A DNA stretch of 64,000 bases from the human T2T-CHM13v2.0 reference genome, Homo sapiens. The position numbers and the translations under genes were made by a program. The first letter of the stretch is position 1. Every line of letters starts with the position of its first letter. Shown piece after piece: positions 1-12,582 of the stretch. The stretch is from the NCBI RefSeq assembly GCF_009914755.1, contig NC_060932.1. One strand, given 5' to 3'. A model generated the notes under the pieces. That model saw nothing but the letters and a program-made list of their open reading frames with translations. It was not told the origin of the DNA and ran no database searches.

Positions 1-107
1 GGCTCTCCATTCCGTGATGGGTGGCTGAGAGGCTGCACGACTGTCGAGGGTTGGGAGTCCCCTTTAGGCAACTGTTGACTGCCTTCTGAGAGGGTGTACG
101 ACTGGCT
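1..107 (-). CDS. ANXA13: ANXA13 isoform-b cassette exon (partial, runs off window start)
   Basis: Minus strand reads ttttttaatcctcag|AGC CAG TCG TAC..., giving SQSYTLSEGSQQLPKGDSQPSTVVQPLSHPSRNGE(P). This matches the recalled N-terminal insert of annexin A13b and is phase 0, like exon 1. Confidence 0.93.
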
Positions 108-1055
108 CTGAGGATTAAAAAAAAATACATAAAAATGCTGGTCCACTCCTAAAGGCCAGCTGCTCCCTAGGTTGACTTTCAAAAGACAAAATTATCCTCC
201 TAAGCTGTGAATGCAGGGTCCATTGATTATTCCTGGGGTCCTCTGCATCTATCAGAAATATTTGAAAAATAGGCTTCAGTTTCTCTGAAAGATACACTGA
301 ACGGATGGCTCATAATCTCTGCTGGTATGAAAATGCTATTTGTAGATGATTTGAAAAACAATGCCTTTCCTAAGAATATATTTGTAAGTTTGTAAACATC
401 TGAGTGCAGCTTGAATATATAGCGAAGGAAAAACCTTATAGACAAAGTAACAGTTTACAGAAAGTTTTGGAGTTTTATTCTCTGCTCATAGTGTGCATGA
501 AATATATCATTCTTGCTGTGGAAATTTACAGCAGGTACACAAAACCTTATTAAGATTTGTATTGGAATAGCTTTAGATATACTTCAATGTAAAAAATATT
601 CAAGATTCAACTCTGATCTGTCCTGTGTGTAGTTGGTTCCAAAAGGTAGTGTTTTAGTCAGTTTTTAGTCATTAACTATTTATAGACACACTATTCAGGA
701 GCCTAAACATTTCAAAAGAAATGTAAATTATTAAGTCCATTCCATGGATATTTGCAAATATGTGGATGTTTAGAAATAATAATGGAATATTTTCACCTTG
801 CAATCCAAGTTGTGTGGACTTACATGAGTATTTACCTTGGTCTATTAATATTTGCAACATGAACCTATCTTTCCCACATAACTCTGAATGGGCTTAGTTT
901 ATGAAGTTTTATACAAATTTGCTACAAACTAACAGCTTTAGTTATACATTCTACAGATACATATTAACCATTTGCTCTCTGCAAGGCACTATTTACTGCC
1001 TTATTTTACATACTTCTTTCTCTTTAGCCCCTCTTAAGAGATTTTTGGCCAATAA

Positions 1056-1392
<337 letters not shown>

Positions 1393-1551
1393 TCAATGCA
1401 TTTTAAAAGCATGGTATGCTGTTGCTAAAACCAATATTAAAGGGTAACCATAGTGATAAAGTATACAAGTATCAGTCATGATTTTATAGTTTAAATTCTT
1501 CCACATGCTAACCAAAATTAAAACCAATTCCCAAAGGCAATGAGTACTTAC

Positions 1552-1566
1552 ATGACGATTGCCCAT
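1552..1566 (-). CDS. ANXA13: ANXA13 (annexin A13) exon 1 coding part, MGNRH
   Basis: Minus strand: aaaATG GGC AAT CGT CAT|gtaagt. Consensus donor and good Kozak (A-3, G+4). MGNRH is the myristoylated N-terminus of annexin A13 and joins the exon at 107 in frame. Confidence 0.93.
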
Positions 1567-1810
1567 TTTCCTTTTTCTGAGATGGTTTTTCTGTATTTCA
1601 TTAAGAGATCAGTCCTCCTACAGGCAAAGTTTACAACAGTTTTCCCCCGGACATAATATCTCTTGTGTTTAATAAGTAACTTTTGGCACTGAATTTGAAT
1701 ACATTGTTGGGGATGGGTAGGGAGTGGCTCTAGCTACAGATAAACTTAGACTGCCCAGGTTTCCTTGGTACCCATGTTTTTAAAATAATATACTTCTTAA
1801 TAAATAAAGT
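1567..1810 (-). promoter_or_regulatory. ANXA13: ANXA13 5'UTR/proximal promoter with HNF1-, HNF4- and GATA-like sites
   Basis: TTTAATAAGTAAC (1668-1680) has 2 mismatches to HNF1 GTTAATNATTAAC. AGGCAAAGTTTA (1622-1633) is HNF4-like; AGATAA at 1738-1743. No CpG island. The TSS cannot be placed from sequence. Confidence 0.55.
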
Positions 1811-2359
1811 TTAGGCTTTTAAAGTTGAATAGCTTCTTCCCACCTAAAAGACTAAACCTGCCTCACTTCTGAATTGTTGAGTTATTCTTTCATATTCTGG
1901 TGTTCATTTAAAATATTATGCCTTTTAGTAATGAAAGCATTAACCAAATAGAAAAATATTACTATTTTTTACTAACATTGTTATTATTATTACAGAGAAT
2001 TTTTCGAAGGCTACATTGCATTACACTAGATCATTTAAAAAATTTTACTGAGTTTTGAATTTAAAAAGTAATATGTGCAGATGGTAAATTTGTTTCTAAT
2101 AATACATAAAGGTCCTGTGAAAAGTCGGCCTACTGACTTCCTTTTTCCTTCCCCCAGAGGTTTTCCGTGAGTCCTTCCTGAAGTGGTCCATGCATATTCA
2201 GCTATGTCCGTCGGTCTGTCTGTCTAGTTACCTACCTCTCTGTTTATCTTGATCCAACTTGTCTTTTCTTCCTCACCAAATGGGTTTGTACAATGTATTC
2301 TGTTCCATGCCTTGCATATTTCTTGTCTTTCCTTTTTTTTTCTGAGATTATTACAACAT

Positions 2360-2740
2360 GTTTCTTTTTTTATTTGTACAAACTTATGTGGTACATAAGA
2401 CATTTTGTTACATGCATATAATGAGTAGTGATCAAGTCAGGATATTGAGAGTGTTTGCCTGAGTACAATAGATTTCTGTTGAGTACAGCCACCGTACTCT
2501 ACTATCCAACATTGAATTTATTCCTTCCATCTTAGTGTGTGTTTGTACCCTTTAACCCACTTCTCCTCTTCCCCCACAACTCACCCTTTCCAGTCTCTTT
2601 TCTCCATCTATCCACTCTCTACCTTCATGTGATCAATTTTTTAGCTCCCACATTTAAGGGAGAACATGTGATATTTGTTATAAGGGAGAACATGTGATAT
2701 TTGTCTTTTTGTGCCTTGCTTATTTCACTTAGTATAGTGT
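2360..2740 (-). mobile_element. Old L1 (L1MA/PB-type) 3' fragment
   Basis: Antisense L1 3'UTR motifs (ttagctcccaca...gagaacatg...tatttgtc...cttatttcactta). Confidence 0.7.
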
Positions 2741-3639
2741 ATATTTCATATACTAAAGAGATATTTGACACTGGCACATTTCTTTTTCAGTGGCCATGTA
2801 GTCAACTGTTATGGATATGAACCAAACCTTATTTCATCAGTCTACCGTTGAAGGTCATTTAGATTGTTTTTGATCTTTTGCATGAATATCTCATACACAT
2901 CTTTGTTGTGCTTTCTTATCTGTAGAATAAAATCTTAGAATAGAGTTGCTGGCTAAAGACTATGTGCACTGAAAATTCTGATAGCTGTTGCCAAGTTGTC
3001 CTCCACACTGACATAAAATGCTGGACCACTCTTAAAGACCAGCTGATCCATGAGGCTTACTTTAAAAAAATGAAAATTTCACTCCCACTATATGAATATA
3101 CCAGTGTGATTTTCCCTACATATTGGCTAACACTAAATATTGTCAAACTTTGTCATTTCTGCCAACTTCAAAGATAAAAACATGGTGTTTTATTAAATTT
3201 ACATTTCTTTCATTTGATATCCTGGAAATTGTATATCCCATTTCTTTAAAGCCATTTGTGTATTTTTTTCTGTGGTTTGCTTGTTTGTGGTCTTTATTTT
3301 TCTTTTGAGTTATTAGTATTTTCATTATTTGTTTGTAAAACACTTTATTTATAATAAAATCTAGGCCTTCATGAAGTGTAACAATTATTTTTCCCCAGTT
3401 TGTTATCTTTTGTCTTTGTTTGTTTTGAGGGTATATATGTGAAGAAAGTATTAGCTCTGATGTATTCAAATATATCAGTCTTTTATTTTTGACTTGCTTA
3501 GAAAAACCATTTCTGCATTAAGATGCTTAAATCTTCTTGCATAAGTGTTCCTCCAAGTTCTTTTAATGGCTTAATTTTTAAAGGCTTATATCTTTGATTC
3601 ATCTGGAATTGATTTTGACATACATTAAGGAAGGAAGGG

Positions 3640-4053
3640 TGTGTTAGGCTGTTCTTTCATGGCTATAAAGAAAGAACCGGAGGCTGGGTAATTTATAAGG
3701 AAAAGTGGTTTTATTTTGGCATATGGTTCTGCAGGCTGTATAGGAAGCATGGTGCTTCCTTTCTGGAGGGCCTCAGGGAGCTTACAATTATGGAGGAAAG
3801 TGATGGAGAACCAGTATGTCTCATGGCAAGAGCAGGAGCAAGAGAGGAAGTGCAGAGGTGCCACACATTTCTCAACAACCAGATCATGTGTGAACGCAGA
3901 GCAAGAGCTCTCTTATCACCAAAGGGATGGCACCGAGCCATTAATGAGGGATCCACCCCCATGATTCAACACCTCCTGCCAGGTCCAACATCCAGTATTG
4001 AGAATTACATTTCAACAGGAGATAGGGAGGGGACAAACATCCAAACTATATCA
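3640..4053 (-). mobile_element. MST-type (ERVL-MaLR) solo LTR
   Basis: TG...CA termini (tgtgttagg...actatatca), MST motifs (ggtaatttataa), and perfect 5-bp TSD AAGGG at 3635-3639 and 4054-4058. Confidence 0.88.
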
Positions 4054-5539
4054 AAGGGAGTCAGCTTAGTTTTTGTTATTCAGTCAATCCTAGACAGTTA
4101 CTGGATAATGCACTTTTCCACTATTGGTCTAAGATGCCACTTTTATTTAAAGCTAATTTCTTATGTAACATAGAATTAAAATTTTGTATAGGTTTATTAA
4201 ATTCTGATTTTATATATTTATTATTTTGTTCTTTAAACTATTATCTGTTGAGTGCCTTGGATGTGCTAATTGTTGGAAAGACGGACAGGATGGATATGGA
4301 TTTTCCCTTCCTAGAACTTGCAGTCAAATTTCTATACAAGAAACAAACAAATAAATAATTATAAATTGTCATATGGGCTATGGAGAAGATAAGCAGGACG
4401 CTAGAATAAAGAGTAACCCGTGTGTGTGTGTGCACATAAGAGTATGTGTGTGTGTGCACACGTGTGTGTGTGTGTACTTTGCTTTAAATGAAGAAAGGGC
4501 TTTTCAAGGAGCTCACACTGAAGCTGTGAATTAAAAGAAGGAGTTCATCATTTAAAAAGAGAAAGTGCTCCAAATTGGATGTTCTTAGCTTGTGCTAAGG
4601 CTCAACATAGGAAAGAGCTTTGTGAATTGGAGAAAATAAAAGATGTCATTGAGACTGGAGACTATTGGGTGCCACACAGGGTGCCTGGTGTGGAAATATA
4701 GTGGTGGGCAAGACAAACTCTCCTCCAGGAATTGACAGCAGAATGAGGGAGAAGAGAAGAAGATGTAGGTTAATGACCACTGCTTTGAACACTCACTATT
4801 ATTTTTTCTTTAGTGTTGAATTTTTGTTTTATTATCCTCTGTCTCCTTTTGCCAGCCCAGACTTCCCAAGGCCACGTCCTCTGTGTCCCACCTCTGTGTC
4901 ATTAACCACGTCCTTCAGGGACCCCTGAGTAGTGACATCTCAGAGGTCACAAGGGGCAGGGCAATTTGATGTGCAATGCTCATTGTAGAGATAAGTGCTG
5001 TTCAAGGGTGCTGAGTTACTGAGCACAGGAAATGCCTAGTTAAGGAAGAGATACAGTTTATGGCTCCAGGTGAAAGATAGACAGCTGAGAGGCAGGAGTG
5101 TCTTTTTACTTTTCAACATCTCTACCAGTGTAGACACCTATTGACTATTTAGATTTGGCCATAGTCAGGTTTTGATTTGACATAGATGGTGCTTCCCTAA
5201 GTGCCCCTCCTTTTCTCCTTCCTCAGGTGGATGGGTACTTAGGAAGGTGGCTGGGATAATTACCAGCAACAGCAGCAGTGGGGAAGGAAGGAACATTCCT
5301 GTGACCTCAGGCCATTTCTGGAAGGATGCATGCTTGGAGGCCCAGAGGGGAGAAGGAGGAAACTATCTGGGAAGGAAGTGTGAGAAGACACGATCTGGGT
5401 GAAGAGAAGGCACAAGACAGGTGGGAGGGCTTTTTGTATGGTTGTAAATATTTAGTGATCATAAATTATAACAGGTGCTGTGTAATAGGTTCCTCTAGTC
5501 AACTGGGCTACATCTGCTTTTTACATCTCTTGGATTTTG

Positions 5540-5730
5540 GTTCTCAAAGTCATGATGTTGCCCACCGATAGGGCAGCTGGTAATGTGTGTGGGAGTATTT
5601 GAGTGGCCATAATGAGTGGTGGAGTGGGAACTGGAGCCCAGCCTAGGGATAAGAAAAATCCTGCACTGCATGGGACAGTCCCACACAGCAAAGAATTGTC
5701 CAGTCCTCAAGCCAACGGTGTCCCACTCCC
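5540..5730 (+). mobile_element. Degenerate MER20-like hAT element
   Basis: atcctgcactgcatgggacagtcccacacagcaaagaattgtcc resembles the MER20 consensus. Confidence 0.5.
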
Positions 5731-5910
5731 CTTGAAAGGTGGGAGACATTCTGCCTCTCTCACCTTCCTTCTATGATGGGCTCTATCGGCAGACCAAGAG
5801 TTTATGAACTTTTGTGGTGCTCCCGGGTCTTAAAATTCTGTAAAATCTGAAGTTGCAATGCTATGAGCTTAATTGTAGCTACTGGAAAAGTATGAAAGAT
5901 GGAGAATGTG

Positions 5911-6284
<374 letters not shown>

Positions 6285-6406
6285 TCACTTGGACCAACTC
6301 CTTCATTCTATAGATTAGGAAATTCCGGTCCTGGAAAGTGACAATATCTCACCCAACATCAGCCTGCTAGTTAGTAGAAAGAATGGTGGGATGAGATTCT
6401 ATACTG

Positions 6407-6678
6407 CAGGATGTTCCGAAACTTACAATACAATGGGGTTACATCCGATAAACTCATCATAAATTGAAAATATCGTTAAGTTGGAAATGCATTGAACACA
6501 CCTAATTTACTGAATGTCATCACTTAGCCTAGCCTACCTTAAACATGCTCAGAACACTTACATTAGTGTATAGATGGGCAAAATCATCTAACGCAAAGCC
6601 TATTTTATAATGAAGTGTTGAATATCTCATGTAATTTATTGAATACTGCACTGAAAGTGAAAAACAGAATGGTTTCAT
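6407..6678 (+). mobile_element. MER47A-like (Tigger) DNA transposon fragment
   Basis: cttagcctagcctaccttaaacatgctcagaacacttacattag...gtgttgaatatctcatgtaatttattgaatact matches the recalled MER47 consensus. Confidence 0.75.
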
Positions 6679-6699
6679 GGATGTCCGTAGAAGAAGGGG

Positions 6700-7435
6700 G
6701 AAATGCGATATGAAGTTACAGGCACACAGGGAGAAGGCCATGTGGCAATGGAGGCAGAGATGGGCATGCTACAGCTGCAAGCCAGGGAATGCCAAGGACT
6801 GCCAGCAACCACAAGAAGCCAGGAAAAGGAGAGAAAGAATTTTCCCCTGCAGGTTTCAGAGGGAGCACAGTCCTGCCAACACTTTGATTTTGGACTTTTT
6901 TTTTTTTTTGAGACAGAGTCTCACTGTCATCCAGGCTGGAGTGCAGTGGTACAGTCATAGCTCACTGCAGCCTTGAACTCCTGGGCTCAGGTGATCCTCC
7001 AGCCTTAGCCCTCCACCACACAAGTAGCTGGGACTACAGGCGTGCATCACCACACCTGGCTAATTTTCCGAACAATTTTTTTTTAGGGACTGGGGTCTTG
7101 CAGGAGGCGGAGCTTGCAGTGAGCCGAGATTGCACCACTGCACTCTGGCCTGGGCAACAGAGTGAGACTCTGTCTCAAGAAAAGAAAAAAAAAAAAAAGA
7201 GAATGGGGTCTTGGCCAGGCGTGGTGGCTCACACCTGTAATCCCAGCACTTTGGGAGGCTGAGGCAGGCAGGTCATTTGAGATCAGGAGTTCAAGACTGG
7301 GGTCTTGTTATGTTGCTCAGGCTGGTCCTTGATTTTCAACTGCTCTCCTCCAGAACTGTAAGACAATAGATTTCTGTTGTCTTAAGCCACCAGTTTGTGA
7401 CACTTTGTTATGACAGCCCTAGGAAACTAAAACAC
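6700..7435 (+). mobile_element. MLT1C/D-type MaLR LTR split by a composite Alu insertion (6896-7328)
   Basis: gaaggccatgtg...caagccagggaatgccaagga...ctgccaacactttgattttggact, resuming at ctccagaactgtaagacaatagatttctgttg...ggaaactaaaaca. Confidence 0.8.
6896..7328 (-). mobile_element. AluJ (minus) containing two plus-strand Alu fragments
   Basis: AluJ right arm at 6896-7065; plus-strand Alu 3' end with polyA at 7101-7198; plus-strand Alu 5' end at 7213-7297; host Alu resumes at 7298. Confidence 0.85.
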
Positions 7436-10400
7436 CTTAAACAGAAAGCAAAAAGCTCATTGATTGCTGTGACAATCACAGCAACTACATTATGCTGTGT
7501 AATTTGCATTTAATAAAATTTCCATTTAGAAATACTTTGGGGAAAATATTATATGATATTAAGACTACAAGTAATTCAGATTCTCTTATAGTCATACAAT
7601 ATTAATTAAAATAAAAGCACATAAATGTTTATTTTCTAAATGCTGAACACTTGCCTGATTTTTCTTTCTGCAGGGAGAATTCGTAGTATTTTATTTATGT
7701 AAGGTAATTTAGCTAAAACCCCCAAATTACAGTTGATTTTGGGACAGGTACTTTCTTCCACATAGAAAAAGCAAAAATGTTAGGATTTCTGTCATGTTTG
7801 TGCATAGTCTCCCCTCGCCCCATTAGTTAATAAATGTCTAAGAGCAGAAACAGGACTATTGCTTAACTAATTCCCACAGTGTCTTCATATAATGCCTACT
7901 TTATAAAAGTTATTGCTTGACTAAGATGAAAAGACTGAAATCTGCAGGAAATCATTAGAGTCGCTGAAAGTATACTCCTATATTTTTCCAGTAGTAAAAA
8001 CCCTGAAAGTCACACATTTCATCTTGCATGTACAAAAATAAAAATAACATAGAACAAAATGCCACCTGAAACTCATGGGTGTGTTAGCAAATACTGATTG
8101 TACATTTCCCATGTACAAGACACTAAGCAGAGTTACAGGGAATAGCAAAAATACAAGACACAGCTCTCACCCCACCCTTTTAGATGCTACGCTCTAGTTG
8201 GGGAAATGAAACATCCGTATAAGCAAAACCACATCTTAATGTAATGTTGCATTTTGTGGCAGAAAAACCACAGCCCTGGGACAGCAAAGCCCCCTGGATT
8301 TAGGGTGGTCTCTGCTACAACTTACGTGTGTGATCACATCAGAGTCACTCACTCTGTCCAGTTCTTGGCTTTGTACTATGTAAATAGAGCAGTTGGGCTT
8401 CATCTCTACATTTACCATGAACACTTTCGGTTTAGGAAGGTAGGTTGCAAGTGACTGAAAACTTGACTCACAACAACTTAAGCAAACAATTGAATTTTTG
8501 GCTCACATAATTGGAAAACGCGCTAGCTTCAGGCATAACTGGATCCAGCTACTCAAAATATATCCTGGAGACCCACTGTCTCTCTCCATCTCTCAAGTGC
8601 TTCTTTCCCCCCTCTCAAAGAGATTCCACATTTCAAAGGCAAGATATTGGCTTGCGGATCAATGTTTTCATGCTTAAAAATTCCAAAACTAGTGAAAAGG
8701 AAATGAGAGCTTTTTTCCCCATAAGTTTGAATACAGAACCTGGTGTGATTCTCTGGCTCACGTTGGGATTCATCCTCATCTCTGAACTTGTCACCATAGC
8801 TGGGGTGGGGGCAGGTTGTGAGGACCAGATTTCATGTCCTCCTCTAGAGCTGTGTGAGAAGTCAATCCCACCCAAACCATGTGGACTGAGAGTAGGGGAA
8901 AGATTGTCACCAGAGAAAATTGGGGTGCCCTTAATAAAAGAAGGGTGAATGTAATGGTAGGCTGGCCAAAAAAGAGATGTCCACTACAGAAGAGCAAAAA
9001 GAGAAAGAAAGGAGACGAGAGAGAGAGTTCATGAGGATGGGAGAAGAAGGTGGAAATGGTACCCCAGAGGCTAAGACCTGACATTAGAGACACTAAAAGG
9101 TGAGTAAAGTGCCCTTCCCTTTGGAGCTTCCATGTCCAGGAACGCCTTCTGTGAATCTTCTTGGGCTGACCTGCAGGTACCCAACATTCAATATCTGCTC
9201 GCGCACTCATGCAATTTCCACTTCTGACTTGCTCCACCCTGTGGACTTTGTCATCGTGAGCTTTGCTGGTTGGTGGAGGGCGGCGGGGGTTGGGGGGTGC
9301 TCCACTGTTAATGCCTCTGGGGAGATAAGCCACTGCTTAGGGCCCACACTGCAGAATTTCAGAACCCAGCACTCATTCATTAATGCACAGGTATTGGTTG
9401 CTAAGTGTGGGGTGTTACAGCACTGTGCTAGGCACCATGAGGCAGAAGACAGACAGGTAAAAAACAGAGTTCTTGCCCCTCAAGAACTTCAAATTTATGT
9501 GTGAGGAATAAGATATTAAAAAGTGCAATTGGAAGCCAAGATATAGTTAGGCAACAAATGACTGTTATAAATAAGGTAATTCACAGAAGTTGAAAAAGAA
9601 GAAATGGTGGCCAAAAGGAATAAGAAAGGCTTCGTAGGGGCATGGACTTTACCTTGGGATGTGTGGAGTGGCAAGAATTGGAAAGGGGTGCAGGGAAGGC
9701 ATCATGGAGACAGCACAGGAAATGGTGAATGCCCTGGGGGAATGATGAGGAGGTGATCAGGAGTGTGGTGTGTTTAGGGGACAAAGGGAGTCAACGAGAC
9801 TTGGAAATGAGGTTGAGAAGTTAATATTGATGAGAACGCCTGGACTAGGATGGTGGCCAAGGGGGAGCTGTCAAAGAGAACCCAAGGTTTCAAGCTGAAG
9901 TGACTGGGATTTTTGTGTAGGCATCTTCAGGGACAGGAAAATCAGAGAAGGAGCTGCTCTAGGTGAGACACATGGAAGCTGAGGTGCTCAGAGAGCCCCA
10001 AAGGAAGAGTTGAGAGGGAGGTGGAGGAAGAGGGATGAGCCTTGGCTGAGAAGTTTGGGACAAGAGCCGGATCAGAGTCATCACACGGTGGGTGTCAGAG
10101 CCTTGAAGGGGTGGATACGGTGGTGTGGAACATGTTGAAAGAGAATAGAAGGCTGGGAGCAGGGCCTTGGAAAGTGCATTTGGAGGTGGTAAGGAGAAAG
10201 AGGCCTTCAAAGAAGTCAGAAAGTTCATCAGAGAAAGTGATGAAATAAACACAAGATGAAACAAAATCACCACCAAATACTAGCCTCGTGGGATACAAGC
10301 TGTCTCCCTCGTGTCAGCCCTGACCTCACTGTATTGTCTTTCTTGTTCCCCAGTTTATACCTGTCCACCCGGGGTGGATTCCACAAGGGCAGTGACTATA

Positions 10401-10526
10401 TCCTCCTCACCTTTCTCTCTCTGGAGCCTTGTATAGCACTTGTCATATGGAAATAATGGCCCTAGATGTACAATATGTCTTTGTTGAATGAGGGACTGGC
10501 AGGAACAAATTCTTTAAAAACCTTGT

Positions 10527-10963
10527 TTGGCTTTTGTTGCCATTGCTTTTAAAATGTGGCACATATACACCATGGAATACTATGCAGCCATAAAAAACAA
10601 TGAGTTCATGTCCTTTGTTGGGACATGGATGAAGCTGGAAACCATCATTCTCAGCAAACTACCACAAGGACAAAAAACCAAACACTGCATGTTCTCACTC
10701 ATAGGTGGGAATTGAACAATGAGAACACTTGGACACAGGAAGGGGAACATCACACACCGGGGCCTGTTGTGGGGTAGGGGGAGGGGGGAGGGACAGCATT
10801 AGGAGATATACCTAATGTAAATGACGAGTTAATGGGTGCAGCACACCAACATGGCACATGTATACATGTGTAACAGACCTGCACATTGTGCACATGTACC
10901 CTAGAACTTAAAGTATAATAAAAAAATTTTTTGAAAGAATGTAATAACAACAATAAAAAAAGA
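10527..10963 (+). mobile_element. 5'-truncated primate L1PA with short 5' inversion
   Basis: ORF2 C-terminus KMWHIYTMEYYAAIK...FSLIGGN, G-rich 3'UTR and polyA; TSD aaaaaccttgt at 10516-10526 and 10964-10974. Confidence 0.93.
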
Positions 10964-11476
10964 AAAAACCTTGTCTGTTGTAGGCCAGATTTTGTTATGA
11001 CAAACTCCAAGGGATATACAAGTTTCTTGGGCCGGAATTTGATTAATGCAAATATTCCATAAATAAGTGGGTAGTATGGCTGGAAAGCACATGCATTTTT
11101 CTCATCAATGCAGAGCAGGAAGACTGAAATTGTCACCCACACACCCAAAGATGAATGAGTATGTGTGAGAGTGATTCCATCATTCTTCAATTGTTTACCA
11201 TTAGCATTCTTTTAAAGGAGATTTATAAGCACATTCAAATCCACTACTTCATTAATTAAACAGTAATATCTTGAGGGCCTACTATGTGTCAGGAGCTCTT
11301 CTAGGCATTGGGGATCTGGTGGTGACAATGTCTGGGCCCTGGTGGAGCTTATATTCTGCAAGGGGAAATATACAGAAGTACACAAAGATGCAAACAGCAC
11401 AATTACAGGCTGTGGGACATGCAACGCTGTGACAGATATAAACAGGGTGATATGGTGGCAAGCAATTGGGGAGGCC

Positions 11477-11500
11477 AATAGCCAAGGCAGAAAAGAGAGG

Positions 11501-11545
<45 letters not shown>

Positions 11546-11567
11546 AGCCAAGGCAGAAAAGAGAGGC

Positions 11568-11603
<36 letters not shown>

Positions 11604-11654
11604 AGCCAAGGCAGAAAAGAGAGGCCTGTTTGTGTGTGTGTGTGTGTGTGTGTG
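11477..11654 (+). repeat. Compound minisatellite: 3 x [26-bp core + (TG)n]
   Basis: aatagccaaggcagaaaagagaggcc starts at 11477, 11543 and 11601, each followed by a TG tract. Confidence 0.95.
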
Positions 11655-12394
11655 GGAAGCCAGACCTGAAGAACAAGAATGGCACAGTTATTTGAAGAAC
11701 TAGGGGAATGATTTCAAGCAAGGAGAAATAGGTCCTGAGGCTGAAAGTCTTCGGTACATGTGATGAACAGAAAAGATGTCAATGTGGTCAGAGGGTGAAG
11801 GAGAGTGGAAGGAAAAAGACCAAGCCAGGCCTCATGTGTAGGCTATGGCGAGGGGCTGGAGTTTATGTGTATAGAAAGATGAACTCATCCAGGTGTTTTA
11901 GATAAGAGAGTGACATGATCTGAGTTCGTGTTTGAAAGGTTGCCCCAGCTATAAATAGGTGAGGATGTCAGTGGGGCAGAGCAGAAGAGAAAGGTCAAGA
12001 GGCCTTCACTGCAGACCAGGTGACAGGTGCAGGCGGCTTGGACTGCAGGTGTGAGGTTTAGAGATGGGGGCAGGTTTGGAAGTGGGACCAAAAAGACTTG
12101 CTGATGGGTTGGACATAGGGATGGAGTGGAAAGAAAAGTCAAGAACATTTCTCCCAGATTTTGGGCCCAAGCACTTGGGTGGGTGGGGCCATTAATGGAG
12201 GTGAGGAAGACTTGGTGGAGGGAAGAAATGGTGGAGCAGGGCTTTGATCGTGTTAAGTTTGAGACTTATTAGACACTCAGGTGGAGATGTCAAGCTGACA
12301 GTTTGGGATGAATGATGTGTGGGTTAGAGACATATTTGGGAGTCATAACAGTGTATGGAAGTCATGAGCCAGGTGGACATTACTGCTGGAAGGT

Positions 12395-12582
12395 GGGAGG
12401 AGAGAGGAGGGGAGGGAAGGAGATGAGAGGGAAAAGGAGGGGAAGGCAGGGGATACACGTTGAGGAGAGGGGAGAGAAGGGGAGGGGAAAGGAGGGGAGG
12501 GGAGAGGAGGAGGGGAGGGGAGAGGAGGAGGGGAGGGGAGAGGAGGAGGGGGGGGGAGAGGAGGGGAAGGAGAGGGAAAGGG
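12395..12582 (+). repeat. Polypurine GA-rich tract with 18-bp units
   Basis: Almost pure G/A; GGAGGGGAGGGGAGAGGA repeated about 3 times near 12491-12545. Confidence 0.9.

Noticed and set aside
5190-5230. Strong plus-strand splice acceptor (cctccttttctccttcctcag)
   Set aside because: No supported promoter, donor or partner exon; isolated acceptors are common by chance.
8791-9504. Long overlapping ORFs (180 aa minus, 134 aa plus)
   Set aside because: No recognisable domain or exon structure; adjacent to L2-like sequence; lengths compatible with chance.
11477-11654. CRISPR-like array (identical 26-bp repeats with variable spacers)
   Set aside because: Spacers are (TG)n, the DNA is human, and there are no cas genes; it is a VNTR.
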